Shown one piece after another: positions 56,373 to 64,000 of a stretch of 64,000 bases of DNA. A program made the translations under genes and the position numbers. The first letter of the stretch is position 1; each line of letters begins with the position of its first letter. The notes below the pieces were generated by a model. That model did no database searches. It was not told the origin of the DNA and saw only the letters and a list, made by a program, of their open reading frames with translations. The stretch comes from Minisyncoccia bacterium (GTDB lineage: Bacteria; Patescibacteriota; Minisyncoccia; Phycocordibacterales; UBA918): positions 265,226 through 329,225 of the forward strand of contig JBKJIT010000004.1 of assembly GCA_046598345.1 (NCBI GenBank). The letters run 5' to 3'.

Positions 56373-58052
56373 TTATATTCGCGCGACTTTCATCACTTCT
56401 TCGAGTGTCGTAACTCCAGTGAGTGCTTTTCCAATACCATCATAGAGCAGTGAGGTCATACCGAGTTCAAGTGCTTTCTGATTAATGACTTCTGCAGAAG
56501 ATTTTTTGGTAATAAGGAGACGTATGTCTTCGTTTATTTCGAGCACCTCAAAAATACCTACGCGCTCCGCAAAGCCAGAATTTCTACATATCTTACAGCC
56601 AGTCCCCCGGTACCACCTGAGTGCGGCCAAGTCCGCGTTTCCACTAATCTTTGTTATAAAGTCTTTTACTTCAGCATCCAGTTGAAGTAGTTCGAGTTCT
56701 CCAGGCTCTGGGATATAACTTTCCTTGCAGTGTTCACAAATTTTTCGCACAAGACGCAGTGCGATAATGATATTAAGGGAAGACGCAATGAGGAATGGCT
56801 CAACATTCATTTCAATAAGACGTGGAAATGTTGTTGCAGCATCATTCGTGTGTAAGGTAGAAATCACTAAATGCCCTGTAAGCGCTGAATTCACTGCTAT
56901 GTCTGCTGTTTCCTCATCGCGGATCTCTCCCACCATGATAATATCGGGATCCTGACGCACAATAGAGCGAAGGCCAGTTGCAAACGTAAGATTCTTCTTT
57001 GGATTAACCTGTGTTTGCTGCACTCCCTCAATATCATATTCCACAGGGTCCTCAATTGTCATGATGTTAACCTCGCTGCTGTTTAGTTTTTCGAGAACGG
57101 TATACAGTATAGTTGTCTTCCCCGACCCAGTAGGCCCAACAGCCAGAATCATGCCATGCGGTTTTTCAATTGCGTGCAGAATTTTATGATAATCAAGGTC
57201 GCTGAGGCCTAGATTCTCAAGTGAGTACCTGTGTGTTCGTGAATCTAAGAGACGCATCACGACATTTTCTCCATCCGTAATAGGAAGAATGGAAACGCGA
57301 ACATCAAAAACATTGTCATGTCCACGATATTCAAACCTCCCATCTTGGGCAGCAGCACGCTCGTCTGTTTGCATATGCGCCATGATCTTGATACGAAAAA
57401 TAATTTTTTCATGAAGAGCATGCGGGTAGCTCAAGGCCTTGTGGAGTATCCCATCCACTCGAAAGCGAATGAGGATTTCCTTTTCGAGCGGTTCGATGTG
57501 TATATCTGAAGCACGGTTGTCATTTGCGTACTCCAAAAAAAGGTCAACGAGTCGCACAATATCTCCCTCTTCATGTCCTTGTGTACATGCTTCAACTAAT
57601 GTGTGAATCTTGGACTTAAGATCACCCTTGTAGTGTTTTAGGGCGGCGTTAATATGAGTCGCAGTAGCATAAAAAATTGAAAGCTTTTTTCCTGTTTTCT
57701 TTTCAAGCAAACGAAAAAATTCATAGTTTTCAGGATTTTCGGTTGCAAGTTTAAGTTCAGTATCATTCATTTCGAATATTACTGCACGCTGAGCTCTCGC
57801 AACAACCTCTGGAATACAGGTTAAAAATTCGTCTCTCTGGTTTAATTCATGCAAATCAACGAAATGGTAATCAAAAAAATCGGCTATAGTTCTGCCAAGA
57901 TTTTCGTCAGTGACAAGCCCGTCTTCGATTAATTGTAGGGCAAGTGGAGTATTTTTTTGTTCAGCGTGGAGAAGAGAAGCGGAAAACTGTTCCAAAGTTA
58001 TGTGCCCGGGAGGAACGAGCATTTCTTTCAAGTTTTCGTGTGAAATTTCCAT
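56373..58052 (-). CDS. pilB: type IV pilus assembly ATPase PilB (GspE family)
   Basis: Walker A 'LAVGPTGSGKTT'. Asp/His boxes. Tetracysteine motif 'CEHC…CKIC'. N-terminal GspE_N-like region. Confidence 0.9.
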   Translation of the reverse strand: MEISHENLKEMLVPPGHITLEQFSASLLHAEQKNTPLALQLIEDGLVTDENLGRTIADFFDYHFVDLHELNQRDEFLTCIPEVVARAQRAVIFEMNDTELKLATENPENYEFFRLLEKKTGKKLSIFYATATHINAALKHYKGDLKSKIHTLVEACTQGHEEGDIVRLVDLFLEYANDNRASDIHIEPLEKEILIRFRVDGILHKALSYPHALHEKIIFRIKIMAHMQTDERAAAQDGRFEYRGHDNVFDVRVSILPITDGENVVMRLLDSRTHRYSLENLGLSDLDYHKILHAIEKPHGMILAVGPTGSGKTTILYTVLEKLNSSEVNIMTIEDPVEYDIEGVQQTQVNPKKNLTFATGLRSIVRQDPDIIMVGEIRDEETADIAVNSALTGHLVISTLHTNDAATTFPRLIEMNVEPFLIASSLNIIIALRLVRKICEHCKESYIPEPGELELLQLDAEVKDFITKISGNADLAALRWYRGTGCKICRNSGFAERVGIFEVLEINEDIRLLITKKSSAEVINQKALELGMTSLLYDGIGKALTGVTTLEEVMKVARI

Positions 58053-58074
58053 AGATCAAATAAAGAGACCAGCT

Positions 58075-58461
58075 TTATGGGAGAGGTAGGTGTTCTCGTA
58101 CTTTTGCTACAAGGTCTTTAAGTGAGATGTTTGACTTCACTACAAAATCTTTAGCTCCCAGGGAAAGTGCTGTGTCAATGTCGCTCTGTTGTCCAAGATT
58201 CGAAGCAACAATAATTGGTATTTTCTGCACTAGTGGATCCCCATTCGTTTTTATTTCTTGAAGCACCTCAAATCCTGTTTTGAGTGGCATCATGAGATCC
58301 ATAATAATCAGGTCAGGTCTCTCAGTTTTTAGAATCTCTAACGCTTCGCTCCCGTTATGTGCATGGATCACTTCATAGCCTTCAATCTGTAGTTTTCGAA
58401 TATATGAACGCGCAACAAACTCTTCGTCTTCCCCCAGTAGTATTTTTTGTGGTGTACTCAT
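58075..58461 (-). CDS. single-domain response regulator (CheY-like receiver)
   Basis: 128-aa ORF. 'ILLGEDEEF…', phospho-acceptor 'IIMDLMMP', 'VASNLG…AKDFVVK'. Confidence 0.85.
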   Translation of the reverse strand: MSTPQKILLGEDEEFVARSYIRKLQIEGYEVIHAHNGSEALEILKTERPDLIIMDLMMPLKTGFEVLQEIKTNGDPLVQKIPIIVASNLGQQSDIDTALSLGAKDFVVKSNISLKDLVAKVREHLPLP

Positions 58462-58477
58462 AGTATTTAGATGTATT

Positions 58478-58906
58478 TTACGCGTGTGTGGTCTCCTCTT
58501 TGAAATATGCGTTAATAGCAGTAACGATTTCAGTGAGCGATGTCTTGTATTTTTGAAGGATGTCTTTTACTCCTGCAGCCTCAAAATGTGCATATTCCTG
58601 CCCTTTCTCATCTACAGTCGTGTTCGTCAATATAATAACAGGTAAATCCTTTAAAGGTGGCTTTTCCCGTATTTTAAGGAGTGTTTCGTAGCCGTTAAGG
58701 CCTGGCATCCCCAAATCGAGAAGCACGAGGTCAATCTTCTTCTCTTCAAGGGCAAGGAGACCCTGAGTACCGTCATGCGCTCCGGTGACTTCTGCCCCTG
58801 CAGCGGTAAGCCATTTCGAATAGAGTCGCAAGATGAATTGATCATCTTCAACGATAAGGATACGTAGGGTTCGTAACGGTTTTAATTCTGAGATTTTTGA
58901 TTGCAT
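58478..58906 (-). CDS. single-domain response regulator (CheY-like receiver)
   Basis: 142-aa ORF. 'ILIVEDDQF…', 'LVLLDLGMPGLNG', 'IILTNTT…GVKDILQK'. Confidence 0.85.
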   Translation of the reverse strand: MQSKISELKPLRTLRILIVEDDQFILRLYSKWLTAAGAEVTGAHDGTQGLLALEEKKIDLVLLDLGMPGLNGYETLLKIREKPPLKDLPVIILTNTTVDEKGQEYAHFEAAGVKDILQKYKTSLTEIVTAINAYFKEETTHA

Positions 58907-58911
58907 ATTAA

Positions 58912-61380
58912 TTACTTTGTATCCATTTTTTCTAAGGGAAGTGTGACAAAAAAAGTAGTACCGATTTCTTCTTCAGATTCAAATCGTATATCACCCCCAA
59001 GCTGCTGTGCTAATGATTTTACTATGTAGAGACCTAAACCCGAACCGCTACTCGCTGTTTTTGATGTGTTGGTTGCTCTGTAAAATCGACCGAATAACTT
59101 CGACTGTTCATTTTTTGGAACACCAATACCATTATCCTTAAAGGCAATCTCTATCATATCTCTCGGAGCAAGCTTAGTTGTAATATCAAGCGTCCCTGGA
59201 TGACTACTGTATTTAATTGCATTATCAATAAGATTTTGAAATATTTGTCTGATGCGTATTTTATCACCTTTAACAAACAGATCGGAGGCAATTTCATCCT
59301 TGCGAATCTTGAACTCATGGCGATCTGAATACGTACCCAGATCTAGAACAACAGAATCGATGATTTCTTTGACATTCAATTTTTCAATGTGCATTTCAAT
59401 ATTACCCTGTTCAATTTTGGTTATATCGAGCATGTCGTTCACCATCGATATGAGGCGTATCGTTGAAACATCGACGTCATCGAGGAGCTCATGCTGCTCT
59501 TTATTCAATGGGCCAAAACTTTCATCAATGAGCATCTCGACATTTCCCCGCATGGCGGTAAGCGGTGTCCGGAGCTGGTGTGAAGCTACTGCAACAAGCT
59601 CGCTTTTAGAGCGCTCAAGGAATTTTGCCTCTGAAATATCAAAGAAGAGAATGAAATATCCTACTGATCTTATAACATCTTCAGTATCGGTTTTAAGATG
59701 GTGAAAAAATATTTCATACACCTTCCCATTTCCATCAATTTCAGGAACATGAAATGTGTTGCCACTGATGCAGTTCGTGTAATACTCTTTGATTTTTGTA
59801 TTTTCGAAGTACGCAAAAAAATGTTCAAGTACTTCACTACTCTCTACGCTTCGATCAAGATTGAGGAGTGCATACGTTGCGTCATTGGTAAAAGTAACAG
59901 TCTGGTCAGTATCTAAAAGTATACCTCCTCCTTTCATGTTACTCGTCACTTGGAGGAGCTTGTTCTTTTCTTGCAGAAGTTCTTCGGTACGATCTTTAAT
60001 TTTCCTTTCGACGGCTTGCTTTTCCTCCTCAAGATCCTCAAGAAGATTGATCGTCGCAATCTGTGATCTTTCAAGATCTTTATTTTTCTCTTCAACTTGT
60101 GCAAACATCGTCGATGCGACATTTGTTTTTTCTGTAACTTTTCCTTCCATTCGTTCGTATGAGACTTTGAGCCTATCGATCATGGTGTTAAACGCACGAG
60201 CGAGCTTGCCGATTTCATCCTTTGATGGAATACGTATTTGTGTGCGTAAATCTCCATCAGTGACTCGCGTAACTGCATTCGTTAATGCAATGATGGGCTT
60301 CGTGATGCGTGAAAGTATGATGTAAAACATAACCAGCAGAGTGACCCCAAAAATCGCAATGGCAAGTAAGTTCAAATCAAATAGTGTTTTGAGTGGAGCT
60401 GCTATGACTGTATACGGCACGAGCATGCCGTATACCATTCCGACTTCTGTACGGGTGTAAAACACTCGATACTCCACACCCTGAATCGTACGGTCAGCAA
60501 TTTGTATTTTTCCTTTCTCTGGTTGTGTCAAACCCGTCATCCAAGGGACGGTCGCTGCTCCCTTCAAAATCGTGAGTGGATCAAGGGTATTTGCCATTAT
60601 TATTTTGGAATTCCCATCGACAAGGAATAGATGACTATCAAAAGAAAGTTTATGGCTTTCAAGGAATAGAAGCATCTCCGCAATTGCCCAATCAGCAGTT
60701 GAAATACCAATGATTCGATCGGTATCATCGAACATAAACGCATCGACCGTAACCATGAGGGACTCACTTCCCGCCTCATCAATGTATGGTGCTGTCCAAT
60801 AAAATTCCTCAGCTCGTTTTTCTGCTCTGTTCCAGGTCGTTGGAAGGGCACGGGTGTACCAAGTTTGCGTATGATAGTCGTACTCAGGCGTATTTAGATC
60901 CCACGTAAAGTCGACCTCATTCTGGGTCCAGTAGGCATATGGACCGAAATACTTTTGGTCAGCTTTGAATGTGTACGGTTCAAACCATAACCCTCCACCG
61001 AGCGCTTCAGGAAATGACTGAATACTGTCAGTTATGTATCTGCTAATCTTCTCGTCGAGAGTTGAGGAACTAGTGACTTCCCTCATGCGATAAAACGCCT
61101 CCCCTCCGCGGGCAAGATCAGATACCTTTTCCTCCATGGATGCGGTGTACCGGTCAACTTTGGCAACATTGTATTCAACGGACACAAGGATTTTTTGGTT
61201 TAATTCCTTGATATAGAGCGAAGAGTTTATTTTTTCACTGATAAAAAGAAACGTAGTGAAACTAATACCCAAGAGCAGCATAATGGCAATGGTTATTTTT
61301 GCCCGGAGTGAATGTTGAAATACGTTTTTCACAATAGATACATTATACCGTGGATGATGTAGTAGTCGGGCCCGACTCAA
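58912..61380 (-). CDS. sensor histidine kinase: periplasmic Cache-like domain between 2 TMs, HAMP, signalling helix, PAS, HisKA, HATPase_c
   Basis: TM1 ITIAIMLLLGISFTTFLFI. TM2 LLAIAIFGVTLLVMFYIIL. HAMP (…KLARAFNTMIDRLK). H-box 'VASHQLRTPLTAMRG'. N/G boxes (QNLIDNAIKYS; GSGLGLYIV). The start likely uses GTG at ~61332, because ORF 61343-62017 overlaps the annotated ATG. Confidence 0.85.
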   Translation of the reverse strand: MSRARLLHHPRYNVSIVKNVFQHSLRAKITIAIMLLLGISFTTFLFISEKINSSLYIKELNQKILVSVEYNVAKVDRYTASMEEKVSDLARGGEAFYRMREVTSSSTLDEKISRYITDSIQSFPEALGGGLWFEPYTFKADQKYFGPYAYWTQNEVDFTWDLNTPEYDYHTQTWYTRALPTTWNRAEKRAEEFYWTAPYIDEAGSESLMVTVDAFMFDDTDRIIGISTADWAIAEMLLFLESHKLSFDSHLFLVDGNSKIIMANTLDPLTILKGAATVPWMTGLTQPEKGKIQIADRTIQGVEYRVFYTRTEVGMVYGMLVPYTVIAAPLKTLFDLNLLAIAIFGVTLLVMFYIILSRITKPIIALTNAVTRVTDGDLRTQIRIPSKDEIGKLARAFNTMIDRLKVSYERMEGKVTEKTNVASTMFAQVEEKNKDLERSQIATINLLEDLEEEKQAVERKIKDRTEELLQEKNKLLQVTSNMKGGGILLDTDQTVTFTNDATYALLNLDRSVESSEVLEHFFAYFENTKIKEYYTNCISGNTFHVPEIDGNGKVYEIFFHHLKTDTEDVIRSVGYFILFFDISEAKFLERSKSELVAVASHQLRTPLTAMRGNVEMLIDESFGPLNKEQHELLDDVDVSTIRLISMVNDMLDITKIEQGNIEMHIEKLNVKEIIDSVVLDLGTYSDRHEFKIRKDEIASDLFVKGDKIRIRQIFQNLIDNAIKYSSHPGTLDITTKLAPRDMIEIAFKDNGIGVPKNEQSKLFGRFYRATNTSKTASSGSGLGLYIVKSLAQQLGGDIRFESEEEIGTTFFVTLPLEKMDTK

Positions 61381-62017
61381 GCGTTTTAATTTTTTCTTTC
61401 AGTTCAACCATTTTTAGTTCTCGATCCACCATAGCTTTATTTAAATGTTCTAGTGCCTCGAGTCGTGCTTTGAACTCATCTTGATTTTTAAGATGCATGG
61501 TTATATCCTTTGAGCTCCAGACCGTTCCAACGCTCTTACCGTCAAGCATCTGTGGTTTTGATTGAAATTCAATTGTCCTACCGTCAGTGAACTCTACCGT
61601 ATGAGTGGCATTTTTTTGGGGGTTAACAAACCCTTCTTCGATTCTATCTTTAAACGTTTTAGGATCAGAGACCTTGTCAAGAACCACACGCAGTATCTGT
61701 TCTGGATCATGTGTCACCATGATGTTTTCAGGCACTTGCCATATTTCAATAAACCGTTTATTCCAAACTGTAACCATCCGCTTCTCATCGAGCGCAATAA
61801 TCCCCTCACTAATTGAATCAATTGATGTTTGAAGAATCACCACAAGATTCTTGAGTTCTGCTGAGCTAATTTCAAGAGAACGTTCTATGAGTACATGGTC
61901 TCTATCGAAATCAGAATAGGTTTCACTTATTACATCCAGTAACTTTTTCCATTCCGGAGTAAGCGAATCTGGTTCTAAGCCTAGATGATCAATTTGTCTC
62001 AGTAACGTTTTATGCAT
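61343..62017 (-). CDS. PAS-domain protein without output domain, C-terminal coiled coil ending in NKAMVDRELKMVELKEKI motif
   Basis: 224-aa ORF. PAS core (…SISEGIIALDEKRMVTVWNKRFIEIWQ…TVEFTDGRTIEFQSKPQMLDGKSVGTVWSSKDIT). Confidence 0.75.
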   Translation of the reverse strand: MHKTLLRQIDHLGLEPDSLTPEWKKLLDVISETYSDFDRDHVLIERSLEISSAELKNLVVILQTSIDSISEGIIALDEKRMVTVWNKRFIEIWQVPENIMVTHDPEQILRVVLDKVSDPKTFKDRIEEGFVNPQKNATHTVEFTDGRTIEFQSKPQMLDGKSVGTVWSSKDITMHLKNQDEFKARLEALEHLNKAMVDRELKMVELKEKIKTLESGPTTTSSTV

Positions 62018-62023
62018 GGTGAA

Positions 62024-63166
62024 CTACACTTCACTAAAAGTGGTGATGGTCATCGTCTGATTATGAAGCCTACACTGCTTTTCGGTGGGAGACACAGGAC
62101 AGATCTCACCATATGAATAGAAACCAGTCAGTATGGTTTCCTTACCTAACACTGACTGTACCGCTTCGGTTTCTTCTTCTATTCTGCTCTTTAGAACCAG
62201 TTTTCTTCCCACACAACTTATAAGAATGGCAAGTTCAGGCACCTTCGCCACATCGTCATTGCTCATCTTTGCTGCACCAAGTGCACCATCGACCAATCGC
62301 TCAAAATTTGCCTTCATAAGTGTTGCTGTTGTGCCTTCGGGCATATCCCCTGCAAACGTCATACTCTGTTCTTTTTCGTCAACAGCAAGAAGTGTACGCA
62401 CTACTTCTGCATCTCCCTCTTCGTGGCCAAGATTGAGACGCATCGGAAACAGGAGGCCCGATGCGGGTAGTTCAGAAGCAAGTTCTCCTAAGTATTCTTT
62501 GTAGAGTCCTAGGGCCGGCCTTCCATCTAATTCATACAACACATTCCCGTTGGAACGAGTGATCGTCCGATCGGGACCAAACGTATCCCATCCTCCAAGC
62601 GAACCATAGCCCACTTTGAGCGCTGTCCCATAAAATCCAAGGAGAACAATATTATTTTCTTTTGGAACTTCATCGAGACCAATGACTGTCTTTATAAAAT
62701 TCGCTCCGTCGCCCGCGAGTCCTCCTGTAACCGAGACAGTGCTGGGTAATATTTGAGTTAACCCGCTCACCAGTGCCGTTCCATTCACTCTAAGTCCATC
62801 ACAAAAAACCATTACATGGGAAAGATTCTCTGGGTTGAGCATACCCGCTAGAGCTTTTCCCTTTTCCTCACTCTCTTCAACACTCGAAATAGTAATTTGC
62901 GCAAAGGCCAATTGCGTTTTTGTAAAATGTATTGCAGTGACCGCGATAGAATCGTCATACACATGAGTACCAAGAATTTCCCCTGCTGTCGAACAAGTCA
63001 AAATTCGTGCGTCAGGGTACGCGGCGCGGAGGGAATTAAAATGTTCAGGATTCTCTATCTGTGTCCGGCCGCCAAATACAAATATTACGTGGGCTTTTTC
63101 AGTGAGTGAATTACCTTTCAAAACCCATCCATCTTTTTCAGTCCAAAGCTTTTGTTCTATATACAT
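62024..63166 (-). CDS. FIST-domain (FIST_N + FIST_C) sensory protein, stand-alone
   Basis: 380-aa ORF. '…ILTCSTAGEILG…' and 'VMVFCDGLRVNG' FIST_N motifs. C-terminal half 'LLFPMRLNLG…ISCVGR' is FIST_C-like. Confidence 0.7.
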   Translation of the reverse strand: MYIEQKLWTEKDGWVLKGNSLTEKAHVIFVFGGRTQIENPEHFNSLRAAYPDARILTCSTAGEILGTHVYDDSIAVTAIHFTKTQLAFAQITISSVEESEEKGKALAGMLNPENLSHVMVFCDGLRVNGTALVSGLTQILPSTVSVTGGLAGDGANFIKTVIGLDEVPKENNIVLLGFYGTALKVGYGSLGGWDTFGPDRTITRSNGNVLYELDGRPALGLYKEYLGELASELPASGLLFPMRLNLGHEEGDAEVVRTLLAVDEKEQSMTFAGDMPEGTTATLMKANFERLVDGALGAAKMSNDDVAKVPELAILISCVGRKLVLKSRIEEETEAVQSVLGKETILTGFYSYGEICPVSPTEKQCRLHNQTMTITTFSEV

Positions 63167-63268
63167 GTAAGTGCATTAATGGTTGGAGCGTGAAGGAATT
63201 TTAATATACTCCATCAGTATACAGTTAAAGCTCTACCTCATGTGATTTAGTGTATGAACAGTGGGTAC

Positions 63269-64000
63269 CTATTTCACACAGCGAAAACCAATACCTGCAC
63301 TTCCAGAACTCGGTGCTGTGTCTGCGTGAACGGTGTATATTCCCGCGTCTACACCACTATCGTAGTAGCCTCCACGAATGATGCCAAAACTCCCGGCTTC
63401 CTGTGACCAGAAATAATCACCCCCAAAAAGAGCCTGCGAAGATGTTTCCACCACAGTCGCCATACCACTTTGGTCTACCTGAGCAACATACCCATCAACG
63501 GGAAGAGTTCGTTCCTCGTATTTTCCATCTATTACGTCATCACTTACCCACTCCCAGAGATTCCCGACTAGGTCAAAGACTCCGTGCGGGGACACACATG
63601 CTGTTTTTGAACCCGATTGAAGCACTGACTTACTTTGCACATTGCACGAGGACTCAGTGTCACTCATTCCAAGGCTAAGGGTATACCACTCGCGACTTGT
63701 AGGAAGACGTTTCCCGGCGCGCGCGCAGAGTTGCATTGCCTGATCACGAGTCACAAACCGCCACGGCATAACGTCATTTTTAGACTCGGGGAGACACGTT
63801 CCAGTTCCTACATTTGTATTTGATTGGATAGTGTTCCCGGGATCAAGAATGGGACAGTCCTCTCCTACTGATGCTTCAAAAATGTCGACACACCGCATTG
63901 ATACTCCATTTTCAATAACAGCCATGCCCACGGGGCATGCGCTATTTTCACTGGATATAAGTTGTGACAGAAGTGTCCCACGTGAACCGGTAATGGTGTC
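63269..64000 (-). CDS. formylglycine-generating-enzyme (FGE-sulfatase/C-type-lectin-like fold) domain protein, N-terminally truncated by window edge
   Basis: 'GNLWEWVSD', 'RGGYY', 'GFRCVK*' are FGE-sulfatase signatures. The reading frame stays open upstream of 63931 to the window end (…ACPVGMAVIENG…). Confidence 0.75.
   Translation of the reverse strand, partial: DTITGSRGTLLSQLISSENSACPVGMAVIENGVSMRCVDIFEASVGEDCPILDPGNTIQSNTNVGTGTCLPESKNDVMPWRFVTRDQAMQLCARAGKRLPTSREWYTLSLGMSDTESSCNVQSKSVLQSGSKTACVSPHGVFDLVGNLWEWVSDDVIDGKYEERTLPVDGYVAQVDQSGMATVVETSSQALFGGDYFWSQEAGSFGIIRGGYYDSGVDAGIYTVHADTAPSSGSAGIGFRCVK

Noticed and set aside
63269-64000. FGE-sulfatase/C-type-lectin-fold protein as a possible diversity-generating retroelement (DGR) variable protein
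   Set aside because: The fold is the commonest DGR target, with the variable repeat at the C-terminus. However, I could find no template-repeat copy of the 3' ~120 nt elsewhere in the window, and no reverse-transcriptase ORF. The adjacent intergenic 63167-63268 has no similarity. An RT could lie beyond the window edge, so this is unresolved rather than excluded.
1-64000. CRISPR arrays, tRNA/rRNA genes, transposases, integrases
   Set aside because: No regularly spaced direct repeats were seen. The intergenic regions are short and explained by hairpins and promoter-like repeats. No ORF has transposase, integrase or recombinase motifs. Cloverleaf structures cannot be excluded without a tRNA scan, but no intergenic region of suitable length looked tRNA-like.

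Overview
The window is a strongly strand-biased cell-envelope locus: about 35 of 38 genes are on the minus strand. The lineage is probably an uncultivated Patescibacteria/CPR-like bacterium using the standard genetic code, inferred from the pilin N-termini (G|FTLIE ... NPAKQ..RDAQRRSDV), the unusual cohesin domains, the giant proteins and compact overlapping genes. There are no rRNA, tRNA, CRISPR, transposase or integrase genes that I can support.

Three blocks:

(1) 143-19590, eleven co-directional secreted or membrane-anchored genes. They include a 2091-aa giant repeat protein, two paralogous DUF916/DUF3324-like (Csc/DufA-like) C-terminally anchored proteins, three membrane-anchored cohesin proteins, a cohesin+dockerin fusion, and a dockerin protein with a Myxococcus-type Cys-rich repeat. 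Smaller proteins carry the same conserved C-terminal modules as the giants.

(2) 19663-48429: a split FtsX/MacB-type ABC transporter, a small sugar transferase (phosphoglycosyltransferase, plus strand), an S1 (trypsin/HtrA-like) protease, an FN3-repeat protein, a 5587-aa (16.7 kb) giant surface protein, another cohesin anchor, Hsp20 and a second dockerin protein.

(3) 48507-64000: a PAP2/haloperoxidase-like enzyme, a HAMP-only protein, a complete type IV pilus (T4P) assembly operon (pilB, pilC, five minor pilins/pseudopilins, pilM-N fusion, two tandem major pilins), tandem single-domain receiver proteins (REC1, REC2) plus a Cache/HAMP/PAS histidine kinase, a PAS-only protein, a FIST protein, and a partial FGE-sulfatase-fold protein running off the window.

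The most interesting signal is a composite, apparently undescribed surface-display system. Giant adhesin-like proteins and small proteins share two related C-terminal modules, each beginning (S/T)(I/L)P(F/Y)G(S/A)L. One ends ...YWGI(A/R)(I/V)P, the other ...RYIxxPxF. These modules sit immediately upstream of DUF916-like membrane proteins, mirroring the Csc/WxL surface complexes of Gram-positive bacteria. They are interleaved with a non-cellulosomal cohesin-dockerin scaffold and followed by a T4P operon with its own two-component control.

Several non-coding elements are seen directly: (a) a start-codon-containing promoter cassette in three copies, one of which creates a 14-codon leader ORF overlapping the protease start by ATGA; (b) a roughly 67-bp promoter-like repeat; (c) an roughly 80-nt structured intergenic repeat supported by compensatory base changes; and (d) several strong terminator-like hairpins.
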